DNA of 64,000 bases from Lingula anatina (lineage: Eukaryota; Animalia; Brachiopoda). How positions within the stretch are numbered: the first letter of the stretch is position 1; each line of letters starts with the position of its first letter. The translations under genes were made by a program, and so were the position numbers. The notes beneath the pieces are model-generated. The model had not been told where the DNA came from and made no database searches. It worked only from the letters and a program-made list of their open reading frames with translations. Below are positions 13,482 to 27,200 of the stretch, in pieces. The stretch is from the NCBI GenBank assembly GCA_051362555.1, contig CM120646.1, positions 11,532,001 through 11,596,000 of the forward strand. Reading direction: 5' to 3'.

Positions 13482-15231
13482 TTATCTACAAAGCTAAGTA
13501 AGCCACGCCACACACTAGAAGGTGCTCTTGATACTGCAGATGTAAGAGTGAATAATGAGTAACAGTTACAGTGCAGGTTAGAGTTCACTTGATATAGGTC
13601 ATATGTCATGATCCTTTCCGATTATAAATCATGAAATCAGCCATACTATCATGTCAAACACACACACACACACTCACGCGCGCGCGCGTATGTATAAACG
13701 GGTAACATTTAACAAAATTGGGACATTTTAAAACCATACCAGAACAGTGGGTACCGAGGCGTGTGCCGTAGTGTCATTGTTTAAATGTCCGATCGTCTCT
13801 GGGCGAATACGTAGAGTCCTGGCGTGCTCCACAAAGCATGTCCAAAACCGCACAAAATTCAGAAAAATATAAACGACTCAGTTCATCATTATTATGGCCA
13901 TAAAGACTTCAGCTTTTTTAGGAAGTTGAGTTGTTGAGGTGTAGTTCAACAACTACCACTATTGCATAATCCAATATTTGAATAAAATGACTTAGTTTTC
14001 AAATTCAGTATTTTTAATTACAATGCTTAACATATCAGAACCAACAACAACAACAAAATGATAATTATAAATTTTTTCTAAAATCCCAAGAGTGGAGTTT
14101 TAACAATACAAACAAGAATAATTTTTAAAAATCTAAATACACAGAATTTCACATTAAGCTATAAATCAAAATTGATGAGTTAAAAAAAAAAAGATTGAAA
14201 GGAATATAGACCAATATCTCATGTGGTTTATGTATTTGTTTAGAAAACGAGAGGCCAAATATGTAAGCACTAGCTGACGTTATCGTAAGTCAGACCCTTT
14301 ATCAAGTTATTATTTGTATAGTATATTTGTTAACAAATAAAGCAGAAATTGATTTTAAAAATAGGTCATTCATGTTAACACAATTTCCCCTGATGTCAAC
14401 AAGGTCAAGATACTGTGAGAAATAATGCAATGCGGTGTCAGGGTTCACTGTGGGTTTTGTTCGGTATAGAGAAATGTTTGAATGTCGTTTATAGACTTTT
14501 TTGCTTCTCTTTCGTATTCCTTTATTCTCATTACACGCAAACACAGTGAACAGTCAACGTGGGGTTTCCATTCTGTCTTTTCATATGAAATGTTGACAAA
14601 GGTTATTTTCAGCTCTGGCGAAATTTCCATTCAGTTGGGTTTTTCCGTTGCGTTAGTTGCGAATGTTCGTCGTGGTGAAGTTGCTCATCTGCCACATGGC
14701 TGCAACCTGTGATTCCTTAAGTCTGATAAGGCGATGGTTCCTTGCGCTAATCGGAAGGTTCTTTGGTCCGATATTTGAGTTCTTTTAAGTTTTTTTATAT
14801 TTGCTTCGAAGGTTTATACACTGCTCTTCCGAAAAAAATATTTATGGTATTAATTATGCCATGGAATTTGGTCAAGAGAACTCATTATCTTTATGTAATT
14901 CGTTTGTTCAATACCATTACCTTGCATGTCTTGAACTCCCCAGTGAAAAAAATAATAGTAATAATACTAATACTAATAATAATAAAGTTCAATCAAGGCC
15001 AGATTAAGTCTAATCGACAGTGACCCATTAATGCACATGCACTGCAGCAGTTAATATTGAAAACAAAGAACGACGAATACTGGCACGATCTTGCCATTTA
15101 AACGTCCCCAAATGCATTCAACGGGTCTTGTTATAACAACAATGTACAAAGCATCTATAATATTGGTCATAGTACAACACTGATGAACTTAATAAATAGT
15201 TCTCATGTTTTACTGACACTGTTTAGATGAA

Positions 15232-17622
15232 ATGGCCGCCAGATTGATGAGCAAGTGTTGCGTGCATGTTATTACAGGTCTGTCACTTTTCTATTTTGCA
15301 AAAGGTGAGTATACATATAATCTCTCTCTCTCTCTCTCTCTCTCGGCAGATGAAGAAAAAACTAATCAAGCCCACGAAAGACAATGAAGCTCCACAGGGA
15401 GATATTCGTTGGGTTCCTTATCAACCTGCATGAACTAGACTCGTCTTTTATAACGTATTGTATGTTTAAAAACACCTACCAGTTCAACATTTCAGAGCAT
15501 ATCCACCGACGGGAATTAGTTAAAGACAACTTTTCATTCTAAGAATATACAGATGCTTGCATGCATTGTATGGAGCTGTTTGCAAAGGTCAAATTAAACT
15601 GAATACAGCATTTTAAATGTCAGTGCAAATTTACATTTGTTGCCTAAAGGGGTTTTAGGGACAATTGACTTTGTCAGTTGTATTTAGCTCATTTGTCATT
15701 GGCACAAAAAAAAAAATTAATAGCAAATGGGAAAATGTACTTACTTGAACTTTTACAACATGGCATCTCCATTTTAGTCGTGTCACAAAGCAGGGATGAC
15801 GTCATCCTGGGAAGCACGTTCACCATATTCTGTCACGTGACTCTCATTCCCGACGGTTACTACCTGATAACTTGGCTTAAAGAACACCGAGGTAGTGACC
15901 CTCAACTCTACCAATATTCCATCACCAAAACCAAGACCCACATATCTGTAAGAAATACCACTAAACTAGATTTTTTAGATGGTCGAATATTACAAGCCGA
16001 GGTGGAGCCTCTGATACTTCGCGTCCCTGATGCAAGAATTACAGACGCTGGAAATTATTCGTGTTTTGCTCAGTTCATGGACCAGGGCCCTGGAGAAAAC
16101 ATCAGCGGTCAGGTGAACCCTCAAACTATTGACGTCATAGGTGGGTCGGGAAAGATAAATCTAGGAAATACTGTATTACTCCTCTGCGTAAAGCTTGTTG
16201 TGATCATTACATGGTTTCTTTTTCTTTTTTTTTTTTTTGCGTTCGTGGTTTTTATTTGAGACTAAAGAAAATGAATTTGAATAAAATAGTAGGTATACTT
16301 TTCAGTCTATTAAAAGTGCTTATCACATTGTTTATGCAATTATTTGTAATTATTACTCTTAAAAATTGTTTTGAAGCTTACAATATGTTGTGTTCAAAAT
16401 ACTCCCCACGCCCTTCAAACTTTGCGCCGTTTCGAATAATTGACAAATTGCTATTAAAATGCGTAATTTAGGTCCGCCGACTGTTCCAACACTGACAAGT
16501 CTCCAATACCCCAACGGGACCGTAGCTGTAACATGTAACTCAACCCATGGTCACCCGCCACCACAGATACAGTGGTACCAGTTAGAGGAGAAGTTCACTC
16601 CTGACAGGGACATGGTCTCACGAGGCACAGCCTGTTTGCAGGAGATGAATGCTTACTGCCTTGTCCCTAGCGTGTCAGAAACGCTAACAGTGGCAGGTAA
16701 CATCTCGGCGTTTTATAGGTGTGAGACAGTTCACTCTACCGGCAGTCTCAGCAGTCCATCACTGATCCTACTTGGCCTATTCGACATAGGTGATGGTATG
16801 GTGAAATTAATTTATATTTACATATATATATATATATATATATTTTTTTTTTTTTTGAAATTATTTTTAACAGTAATTATATTGTCATTACTAATACCAT
16901 AGGCCAACTGTAGGTGTCTACTTTGACGTGCATTCAATTGTTTATCAACATCACTTTACCGTTTAACGATTGCAATTTATATTTATATCTATCACACCAA
17001 TAGACCTTTTTGTATTCAGCAACATAACAAAAGCGACTTGGATGGAATTTCAGAAGGTCAATCCCATCGTTGCTGAAAGGAGCATTCATTTATGTGTCAA
17101 TAATATTATTTGTTTATTTACTTTCTCAAGTTGACCTAACGCCCGGTCACAGTTCATTGTGGAAATACGCAGGGGTAGGTGTTGGGGCGGCGCTTATCAT
17201 CGCGTCCCTCGTAGTGATGGCTAACTTCGATCGTGTAAGCAAAAGGTGCAGGAAGAAGGCAGAAAATACGGGTAAGCCACATGTTATTCTCTGTCAGAGA
17301 TCACTTAAAAGGAGATCAGTCAGTTCGTTATAATGGAAGCTGATTTTCAATCAAGGAGCAAGTATTAGGTCTAGGTCCTATGTTATAATTTTTATAATCA
17401 ATCTCCCTCGTTGGCAAGAAAAGTAACTGTGGATAACAAGAAAAATGCGTGTTGCGTTACAGAAAGCGACCGTCAGCCAAAAGGTCAATACATAGACAAA
17501 AGGAGAAGTACGGAAAGCACAGATGTTTATGATATTGAAAACGAAACTCAGGTATGTGAGCTAGCTTAAGGGCATTTCAAGATTATTAAATTCCAGGGTA
17601 ACCTTCTCTCTCTCTCTCTTCA

Positions 17623-17655
<33 letters not shown>

Positions 17656-17663
17656 TATCATTT

Positions 17664-17711
<48 letters not shown>

Positions 17712-17724
17712 TTCAGACTCTCTA

Positions 17725-17765
<41 letters not shown>

Positions 17766-17894
17766 TTCAGACTCTCTAGACCTCTCTCTCTCTCTCTCAT
17801 CATTTCAGACTCTCTCTCTCTCTCTCTCTCTCTCATCATTTCAGACTCTCTAGATTTCTCTCTCTCTCTCTCTCTCATCATTTCAGACTCTCTA

Positions 17895-17945
<51 letters not shown>

Positions 17946-17998
17946 TTCAGACTCTCTAGATTTCTCTCTCTCTCTCTCTCATCATTTCAGACTCTCTA

Positions 17999-18045
<47 letters not shown>

Positions 18046-18078
18046 TACTTGTATTCATCATTATTTCAGTTGGCGTAA
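15232..18078 (+). CDS. IgSF-2: type I membrane protein with leader, V-type Ig, C2-type Ig, TM and cytoplasmic tail (about 330 aa)
   Basis: Exons 15232-15304 (MAARLMSKCCVHVITGLSLFYFAK, donor GTGAGT), 15778-16140 (IFCHV...ITWLK...DAGNYSC), 16472-16789 or -16795 (TCNSTHGHPPPQIQW...FYRC), 17131-17271 (TM AGVGVGAALIIASLVVMA), 17463-17551 (tail, DVYDIE), and a probable last exon 18070-18078 (LA-stop). Alternatively the donor is read through to a stop at 17569. The first four introns are phase 1. Confidence 0.83.
17604..18069. repeat. Compound (CT)n microsatellite/minisatellite with recurring ATCATTTCAG(ACTCTCTAGA) spacer
   Basis: ATCATTTCAG at 17657, 17707, 17761, 17799, 17835, 17877, 17941 and 17981, each preceded by a (CT)n tract. 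Confidence 0.95.
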
Positions 18079-19900
18079 CAAGCTGTAAAGAAACAAAACC
18101 TTGGGACAAACAGGTCGCCAAATAGGAGAGAAAGCAGAAGACAAAACCGTTGGCAATATTTTACATCTTTATTATTTTTGAGTCGCTATAAAATAGTTGT
18201 ACATTTGTATAAAGATTACAGACTTTTACGTGAAGGTTCCCATCATCTTCATCGACACGAATCGTGAAGTACAGTAATAAACAAGTATTTGACACGCAGA
18301 CTTCCTCAGTTAACTTGTCAAAGTGTCAGATTGTGCTGGACAGTGAACCCCCCAAGCTGACCCAGTGTGAGAAACGACAAAGACCAGTGATCAAAATTTG
18401 ACTCAGAGCGGGAAAGAGGACGATTCGTTCGCGCCCCCCCCCCCTGCTACGGGCCATAATCGTAGAGTATTTCTAATACGTATCATTCAGATTATCTTTA
18501 ATGGTTTACAGTATTTTATTTTCTGTACATAACTTTAATCGTAGGATTGTATGAAGTAAACCAATGCAAATAAACACAAAAATCGGACGTTTGTTTAGTA
18601 TATTTGCTTTATTTCTTAACTGAGAGATTGATGGCGCACCGACGGGCCACTGAGTAAAAAAGCCGATGCATAGACGTAAAAGTAATGATGGTGAAAGACA
18701 AAAGTACAGAAAAACAGTCATACAACACATAAATTCAACATAGAAAAAATCCGACAGCACACCACTGTAAAGTATGCCTCAGCAAAAATGTATTAATTGT
18801 ATTTATACACAACACTTTTAAGTGTTAGAAATTGAAATTTAAAACTTTCATGTTATCTTTGCCTCATTGTGACTCCAATGAGACATTGGTTGATAAATCT
18901 ATCTACATGTATAGTGTGCGGCAGTCGAGGCTGGTCCAGGCCTGCCACATTTGCCCTATGTTCAGTGGGGAGATTAGTATGTAATAATAAATAATGCCGA
19001 GGGTTCAATCCTCCCCATGCACTTATTAATGCATATGTAAGGGCACCCCCACAGGCTTCCATATTTCCCCAAAGGAGGAGAAGTTATACACTCTAAGACA
19101 AACGAATGACTAAATACTCAGTCCTGCACTACATGTAAGTACCATGTTGTATCTATTTTTAAAGTGTTTTAATTTTTCGCAGCGGGGGAGGGGGGGATGT
19201 TGTAAAGACCTTCCTTTCTAGATACCAAAGATGCGTTCACATAAACGTTTACATATTGCATAAAACAGAAATAATAATAATAAACAATAAAAACAACAAC
19301 AACAACTGTCGATATGTATCTAGGGCCGTTTGAGCACAAATCCTTTTCATTCCAGTCATTGAGTTTCGATTGCCATATCTTTCATATCAGGACTGTTCTC
19401 CCAATATTTGCATAAACGTTACTAAATAAAAACTGACTAGCTGTCCAGTTCAATTTTCCAAAGAGTAACCACCTTTTATTGGTTTACTAGAACGATTCCC
19501 TTGATATTGCTGGCAATGAGGCGACAATACTGACTTTTGCCATCCATCCTTTTATTCTGCCAGACTATGCATCTTCTTTAATGCGATGTATATCAAATGT
19601 TTGTATAAACTATAATAAGCTCTTACTTGCCTTGCTCATGCCAGTTTTAAAGCCGATGCATTTTGAGGTGTCTTGTTCCGTAGCGTATATTGTATTGCTT
19701 TATACTTTTGCATCTACTGCATTTTTATTTATATTAAAAAAACAGTCTTACAGCGATAAAATACGTCTTCTTCCCTAGGCTAGGCAAATAAAAGGAGCTT
19801 AACGCATCCGCGAGGCTGATATCACAATTGCGTTAGTTGTGCTTGCGGCGCAACCCATTGTGCTGGACGTTACATCCGAATGCTGAGTAGATATAGTGTT

Positions 19901-22900
19901 TCAAAGAAGTTCTTCCTCTCTGTCGTCGTATAATGCTGGAAGACAAAAAATTAGTTTGAAGAGAATGTAGTCTAAAGGATTTCCCTTTATATTATCGTAT
20001 TATTATATGTTTATGTTGTCACTTACTTCCTTATTATCACGTCATGATTTATTCTACGAGATCAAGAGAAAGGGTATCTTCAAACACACAAACGTATTAA
20101 TCAGCATTATCAACATGCTTAGGGCTTTACCTGAAGCTATGGAGTTATTGTTCTCATTATCTCGCTCTGGGTCGCAGCCGTGGTCCTGATCTGGTGTGAT
20201 AGAGTGAGCGCCATCTGCCGGGATATAGGTGACAGTAAGGGAAGATTTGTCTGGAAAGACACAGCATAAAGTGAACGAAAAAAGTTGATGCGCCTCCAGC
20301 TGTGTAAAGGAGCGTGTGCCAAAAGCGCATACTTAATGCAAATGTAAACAAATTACTAGAATGTGAACTCTGTGGTTTTATAACTTGAGTTGGCAGATAT
20401 GGGAATGTATTGTTTACGTAAATAAAAATCTATATTTTTCTAAAAAAAAAAAAGGGGGGGGGGTTTAGAAAAACCCACCTGATATCGACCTGGCGCTACA
20501 GTTGACGAAAGCTTCGATGTCGTTACAGCGACATCTATCGAGTTTAAAGCTGCGACTTCTTAGCCGCTTACGGACGGTGTACACCATAACTCCCACCACG
20601 ATGAAGAATGAGATCACGATTAAAATAGCCACCACAATCGCCAGAGGACTGGCCCCTGGTTTGGGCGGGCTCGGTGTGTTATTGGCGATGATGACGTAGT
20701 GATTGCCAGAACCTAGAAAAAAAGGAAAAATTAGACACATCTTAACTGTATATTGTACATAGTATATAAGTTTTTCATTTAAAGTAAGTGAAACCCGTAC
20801 AGTGTCCTTTGCCGTGTGTAAAATATCACATTCTCTTTTATAAAGTCCGAAAATGTCGCCGTAGTTGCTACGTAATTATCCTTTAAATTTTGTCTTTTAT
20901 GACTTCTTCTTATAGAATTTCCAATATTTCCATATTAGAAAGTACGGGGAACTTAAAAACAGTACATTATATATTAAGGTCGCGAATATATTTCTAATAT
21001 TCACAAAAAATAGCAAATTTGATATCAAGATATCTGGCCTCAATTCGTTATACCGGGGTACATATCGACATAAGTAACACACCTGAGCGACCCCCGTGCA
21101 TGTAGTCAGCTCTAATACTGTCACTGCGATAGTTCCCCGTAGGATGGCGGCTTTCACAGGCATATGTCACTGACGAATTGTCCTGTACCGCTATAGTGTC
21201 CGTGATGAAATACCCTCCGCACATGCCCTCGCCCTGACTAGAAGCAGAACACGTTTCTTTGTGTTCAGATTTCACGCTACTCATCTCCTGATCGTTTTCA
21301 AACCACCTGAGCTTTGCTGGGGGTCGACCCCCCACGGAAATACAAGTGAGCAACGTGCGGTTGTCCGACATCCGCCTGCTAGAGATCATCGGCAACTCTG
21401 GAGTGACTGAAAAAAAAAAAAGTTCAATATTAACGATGAAAGGACATACAGTGTGTAAGAAACAGTTGGTACACAAATTGCAGGGGTGCAGTGCTGAGCT
21501 GTTCACTAATATGACGTCAGAATGCTTAACAGGTCCCCAGTCTACGACGCAAGTTGCCGAGGAGGTCTTTGATAAAATTGATATAATAAGTGATGTTTTA
21601 ACAGGAAAGTCTATGTAAAATCATTTGATTTTTGCGGTCATAGGGCTCTGATGTTTGGTTCTTTCTAGATAACAAATAAATAAATTTAAAAATCACTTAA
21701 ATACATATGGTGTTGAAATAAAATTTATGACGTCATACAAAAACCTTCGCCTATTTTGGACCCTTTTAGACGTCACACACGGTTCATGCGTCGTCATTAA
21801 ATTTACCTGTCATGGTAACTTGCATAAGTTTTTCACTCTTCTTTACTTTATTTCCGTCTACAGACACTTGGCACGTATAATTCCCTTCATCTCTGAGTTC
21901 TGACTTCATAATTGCCACTCTTAGCTTAATGTCATTTGGCACTGGTATCAGTTGTGACGGCATTGTGACGAAATTAATATCTCGACCAATCAGATCGCTT
22001 AGAGTTTTATTCTCCGAATTCATGCCTAGGACGTATTTGAATATGACGTCAGGTGGCTTTTCCGCACTGGTCTGTTTAAACCACTCGACGGATAAGAAAA
22101 AACGTCCTTCATCTGGGCCCAGTGTGAAATTGCACCAGGCGGTAAAAGGTTCACGTAACTCCACATATCTCTCCTCCGCCCTGTTGGTTATCGTTAAAGC
22201 AGTGCATACTGAAAAAGAGGAAAGATTCCTAAATTTCAATCATTGACTCATAAATCTCGCAACGTATATTTCAGTTTTACGAGATAAGACCCGCGCCTAA
22301 AGGAAAAATAGAAAAAGTGACTGAAAATGTGCAAGTCACATGACTGACTAAATATCCAGTCGCAAAAGGCATGTTTTAGTAAACGTATATAGGAACGGCA
22401 ATATTTAATTCATGAATAGAGTTCAGTCAGATTACACTTCACAACGTAAGATATTGTGAGGGAAAGTTAATATATTTGGGGACTAGAGCATCTGCACGAC
22501 AATTTAGAGGTACAGTGTAGAAAAGAAACCTACTGACCATCTGATGTAATTGCCTCGCATTACGCATTAAATGGTAAATTGTGAGGTACAGCTGGATTAC
22601 TTGCGAATGATCTGTGTATATCAATGAAAACATTTTAGACGAAGTTATTTAATTTATACGTATCAATCCATAAACTTTTCCCCAGCAATTGACCGAAGAC
22701 GAACCCTTAAATGAGTTTTTATTTGTCTTTTCAAGGCATGGACAATAGTGAGTTAGGTGTCAGGAGCCAACGGTTTCACACAAGCTCTAGCGCTTCCACT
22801 TTTTCTCCCATTTTTCTTGTTTGTTTATCAGTTATTTCCAGCTGCCTTTTATGTTTTTATGTTTGTTCATTGAATAATTGATCCTGCATCCGACGGTAGT

Positions 22901-24228
22901 GTACACGAAGCGTGAGAGACGGACACATTTATAAAACTCCGGGTATAAAATGTCATACACAAAGTCAACAACCAAACACAACAATGAGGGTTAATGGAAC
23001 TGGAAATGGGCGCATTAGTAGATTACCTGTTTCAAAGGACCTTTGTGTAAACTTCCGAGAATACGTTGTATGAAGATCTCCGTTTTCAACATCGGGCTTA
23101 GAAAAGGCTTTCGCTTCCGAATTTTTTCAATAGCATTAATGTGATACGCTCTGACGATAATATAGCCATTAGCAGGTGTGAGTGGGATTGAAATAAGCAA
23201 GCCATGGTGAAGAAGTTTCATATTCTACCTTTATTTTCTATTTCTACATATTTCAGGAAATTCCATTTGAGAACTTGACAGAAACCCATGTGAGCAGAAA
23301 TTCTTTAACTTATTTACTTCATCTAAAATTTCAATTCTAAATCTAAAGCTACCCCACCTGAAACTTCCCACTGATACCCTTCCAGCCCATTTCCCAAACA
23401 AAACTCAACGCCCGTCCTCAAAAGGGACATGGGGAGAAATATCAGGCCCACAGAGAAACAGTTAAGTAATCGTAAAGGCCCCGCTATATTTACCAAAAAC
23501 CATACATATTCACACAATAGAGGGGTATTTCCCAGCCACCTCTAGATTGGGCCGGAGAAGGTGAAATGCTTACCTCTGTGCACCTAATTGTTGTTTTTTG
23601 TGTGTTTATTATTGAATTGCGTTTAACGCTATATATACGTAGGAATACCAGCCCGTCCTTAGTGTCCATACAACTTTGACGCACAATATTAATACTGTAC
23701 ATGCCAAGATTTTCAAATCAATACACTGACCGATTCGTGTTAATAAAAGTATTTGAATGTCACATATCATGCTAAAACCATACTACCGTCAGATGTTGGA
23801 ATGTGGCCTCATTAAAAAAAGTTGTCTTGTTCAGTAAATGATAGTTTCAAGCATTCATTTCTACCATTAAATCCGTTAAAACATTATAAACAAGAAAGTA
23901 ATGACAGAGAGTATCGATTTAAAACGTCGGTAGCCAAACACTGAGGGCATCCCTTAAATTAAATATTGAAGCTTGCATAACAAAGAATGATAAGACTACG
24001 TCAGAGAAAGAGTAAAATTAAGAGACGCCAATAAAAGAACAATATTTACAAAGAGGAGCTTGAAGTCATTTCTCGGTGACATCTGTGGTGGTTCTGAGCC
24101 TCCCTTTCATTGAAAACAAACAACATGTATTCCCTTAGTCTTAACAGAGTAGCATGCATGGACATAATGATGCGAAAATGCCTAGGGTTTGTTGAAAGTA
24201 TGGATATTTCCAAAAACAAAAACACACG

Positions 24229-24276
<48 letters not shown>

Positions 24277-27200
24277 TGATTCTATATTCATTCGTACTTC
24301 GCAATTTAAAGTTCTTAACACAATGGCTAAGACAAACATGATAACAAATAACCGTAAAATATGAATAAAACATAAGACAGATAATTTCTTTAAGCCTTGG
24401 TACACTGAGTAATACGAAGACAGATTTTGCGTGACAAATTGCGCCCATGGAGTAGAAGAATCATTAAACGTACAACTGTTAAATGGCAAATCTATAATGC
24501 ATAATATTTGAGATATTTCTGAACAAGGTAGCAATATCAGGTACAGTAAATCCATTTTACCTATTTTCACTGGTAATTATTTATCGATTCATCCAAAGGC
24601 GGTGAGGAGAATCGCCATACTTTCCAAGAGCGGTATTCTCTTCAACTTTGGCGTTATCAATTATTAATTTTACTAATGTGTTTTGTTGTTATTGTGAATG
24701 AAATGTCAGTTGCCAATGAACGAAGAGGACAAAGACGAAAACAATGTTTGGTTACTGTACCGGTATATAATTCTGAGTCTCTTGGGTAGGTTAGTTAGCG
24801 GAAGATCGACAAATAACTCAAAGGCAGCCTATACTATTGGGGGCGATTTCTCTGTGTTTTGACATAAAGGGAGTGCCGATTGTACTGCGAATGATCAGAA
24901 AAATATCATTTACAGTTCTGCCCCCTCTTTTGACTTAAAACTCTGGTAAAAATGATTTCGCTGTCAAATTCTAAAAATCTTACTAGTTGAAGGATGAAGA
25001 GGTCTGAATATGGCACACAAGTTTAGGATAAAATCGCTTTTCTCTATGCAATTAACTTCCTCTTTTATAAACAATACCAACGCATTATCTCTGAAAACCA
25101 ATAAAACAGCCTCCTACACTTACATCAACAGTTAAGTCACACTTAACAGGAAAACAATTACAAGGGGGAAAACATACAGCGGTTTGATTCCTCTGCTGGG
25201 TGAAACACTATCGGTTAGAATTCAATGGAGAGCACACAGTCGAGACACATGCTCGATAACTGACCCGCGGCGCGATCAATAAGGAATCAATTTCCATTCT
25301 AACCCATTGTTTCAAATAAAGAACACTAATCATCCATTAAAGGGCCTGGCGGGAAGATTATAATGCACGACATAAGGGTAGTCAGGGCAAGGGTTCAATT
25401 ACGCAGACCCCGACCCTCGTTGAACCTCGTTGTTGGTATTCCCCGGCATGACGAGGTATTGATTCGGAATCAAACACAAAACAACACGTGTTTAGCCGGC
25501 AGAGATTGATCCGTGATCAATTAAAACAATTCTCTGTTACGGCGTCTTGTACGTGTCTCGGTCCTTAAGCGGTCCCTGAAGAGGAGGATTATATTTTGAT
25601 CATACAAATTCATCCTCTACTTGTAACTGCTTAACTTCCGTCGGGTTCCTACTTTAAGTAATTGACTACGAAGTGGATTACTACAAATCGTATGTACATA
25701 TACGAGTTAGGTTAAGCGAGTGCGCGTGACACGTGGCGAGGAATTTGATACCTCAGGACGTGACTAGACATTAATATATTTTAAACAAATTCTTGCCTGG
25801 CGTAGTAACATTATACTCAAAGTGTAAATCTACAACTTTTCTCGTGTTTCATTACTGATGTACACTATGTTTTTTAGTCTACCATACATTTCTTTACTGT
25901 AAATCTTCTTTGCTTACATTTAAATTGACAACTTACAAAGACGGTCCACTTTAAGTTCATACACGTACGCATATACACACATTAATGCCACGTACAGAAC
26001 AAACACACGTACACCAACATACCAAAGAATAAAATGTCCGAATAATAGTATAACTTTCACTTCCGACCACTGTAGCGCTTTAAGACACGACAACAAGAGC
26101 CCGGTAATTAAGTAATTAATATTTGTAATAATAGAGCTAGTAACAGAGCTACGAATCGCTATCATAATTAGTCCCCATCACCTGTAACAGCATCATTATT
26201 TTCATTCTAAACTGCCCTTAGTTCCCGTATGGCTGGAAAAGCCCCATCGGGGAGATAACTTGAATGTACATTATTGACTCCGAAGCGTCTGTATCACTTG
26301 CGATAGATTAAGCAAATACTATTTGATAAATTGCTCAAGTCAGCGTAAGAATTATACCCCCAAGACCTTTCTTACTGCCCCATTTATCATGACCGTTAGA
26401 TAATCAGAGAAATACGTGTTCTGTATTTGTGATTGCGAAATTTGTGTAGAGTATAATCGGTGTCACTAACTTCAAGGAAAACATATATCCTGCATTTGAA
26501 TTGTAAACTATGTTCATATTTATATTACAGACGCAAAATTTATTATGCAATAATAGATTATATGTAATACATAACGTAGTGAAATACGGGTTTAATTATA
26601 TTGACTATGATTTGTGGACAATTCCATGCCCCCTACAAGAACTGACAAAACTATAGCGGAGCAGGTAATACGTTTCACAGTAAATTAGAGACGAATTTCC
26701 GAGGAAGTTGACCTGGGCAAAAATCAATTAATATTTGCAACGCGCAGTTTGTGTATGAATTCAAATACACCCAGGAGAAACGGTTTTATTAAATCTTAGA
26801 CGAAGATGATACCGTGTCGGCGTTTATCGTTACCAATGGAGTCGCATTTCAGTCCTTGAGTGGGTTTTATTGCGATTTTCGACAGAAAAAGAATCCCTCA
26901 ACAGCAATAGAAAGCTTGGTCAGGACCATAATCAAACATATGAAATTTTCTTATGTCTTCATAAGTTAAGTGCTGATCATGATTAAATGCTGGTACATTA
27001 CTGTCCTAAGTTTCACTGGATTGCGGAGACAGTAAACGAACGTACATTTAATGCTGGTGAAATGAAAAGGTCAAGTTTAGCAGGTGCACCGAACGCCTTT
27101 AGATTAAGAGTGACGAAAATACTGGTTTAGAGAAGAAAATTGATTGATTCAAGAAGTTGAAAATCAGGATGATCAAATGCGAATATACTGATCCACATAC

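Noticed and set aside
17604-18042. Regularly spaced ATCATTTCAGACTCTCTAGA repeats as a CRISPR-like array
   Set aside because: The intervening sequence is only (CT)n of variable length; this is a compound microsatellite.
18920-19120. Possible tRNA or tRNA-derived SINE (B-box-like GGGTTCAATCC near 19000)
   Set aside because: No cloverleaf or clear A-box, and no second copy in the window to define it.
20157-20351. ORF-track frames (AGGASTFF... and SLYAVSF...) as the IgSF-3 cytoplasmic exon
   Set aside because: A third frame with a stronger acceptor (TGTGTCTTTCCAG), a phase-1 donor and a hydrophilic product (20250-20131) fits the gene model better.
22960-23221. Nearby hydrophobic minus-strand ORFs as the IgSF-3 leader exon
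   Set aside because: No suitable phase-1 GT donor follows them; the 33580-33619 candidate fits better.
24046-24570. 174-aa hydrophobic minus-strand ORF
   Set aside because: It spans a (GA)n microsatellite and AT-rich intron sequence with no recognisable motif; likely spurious.
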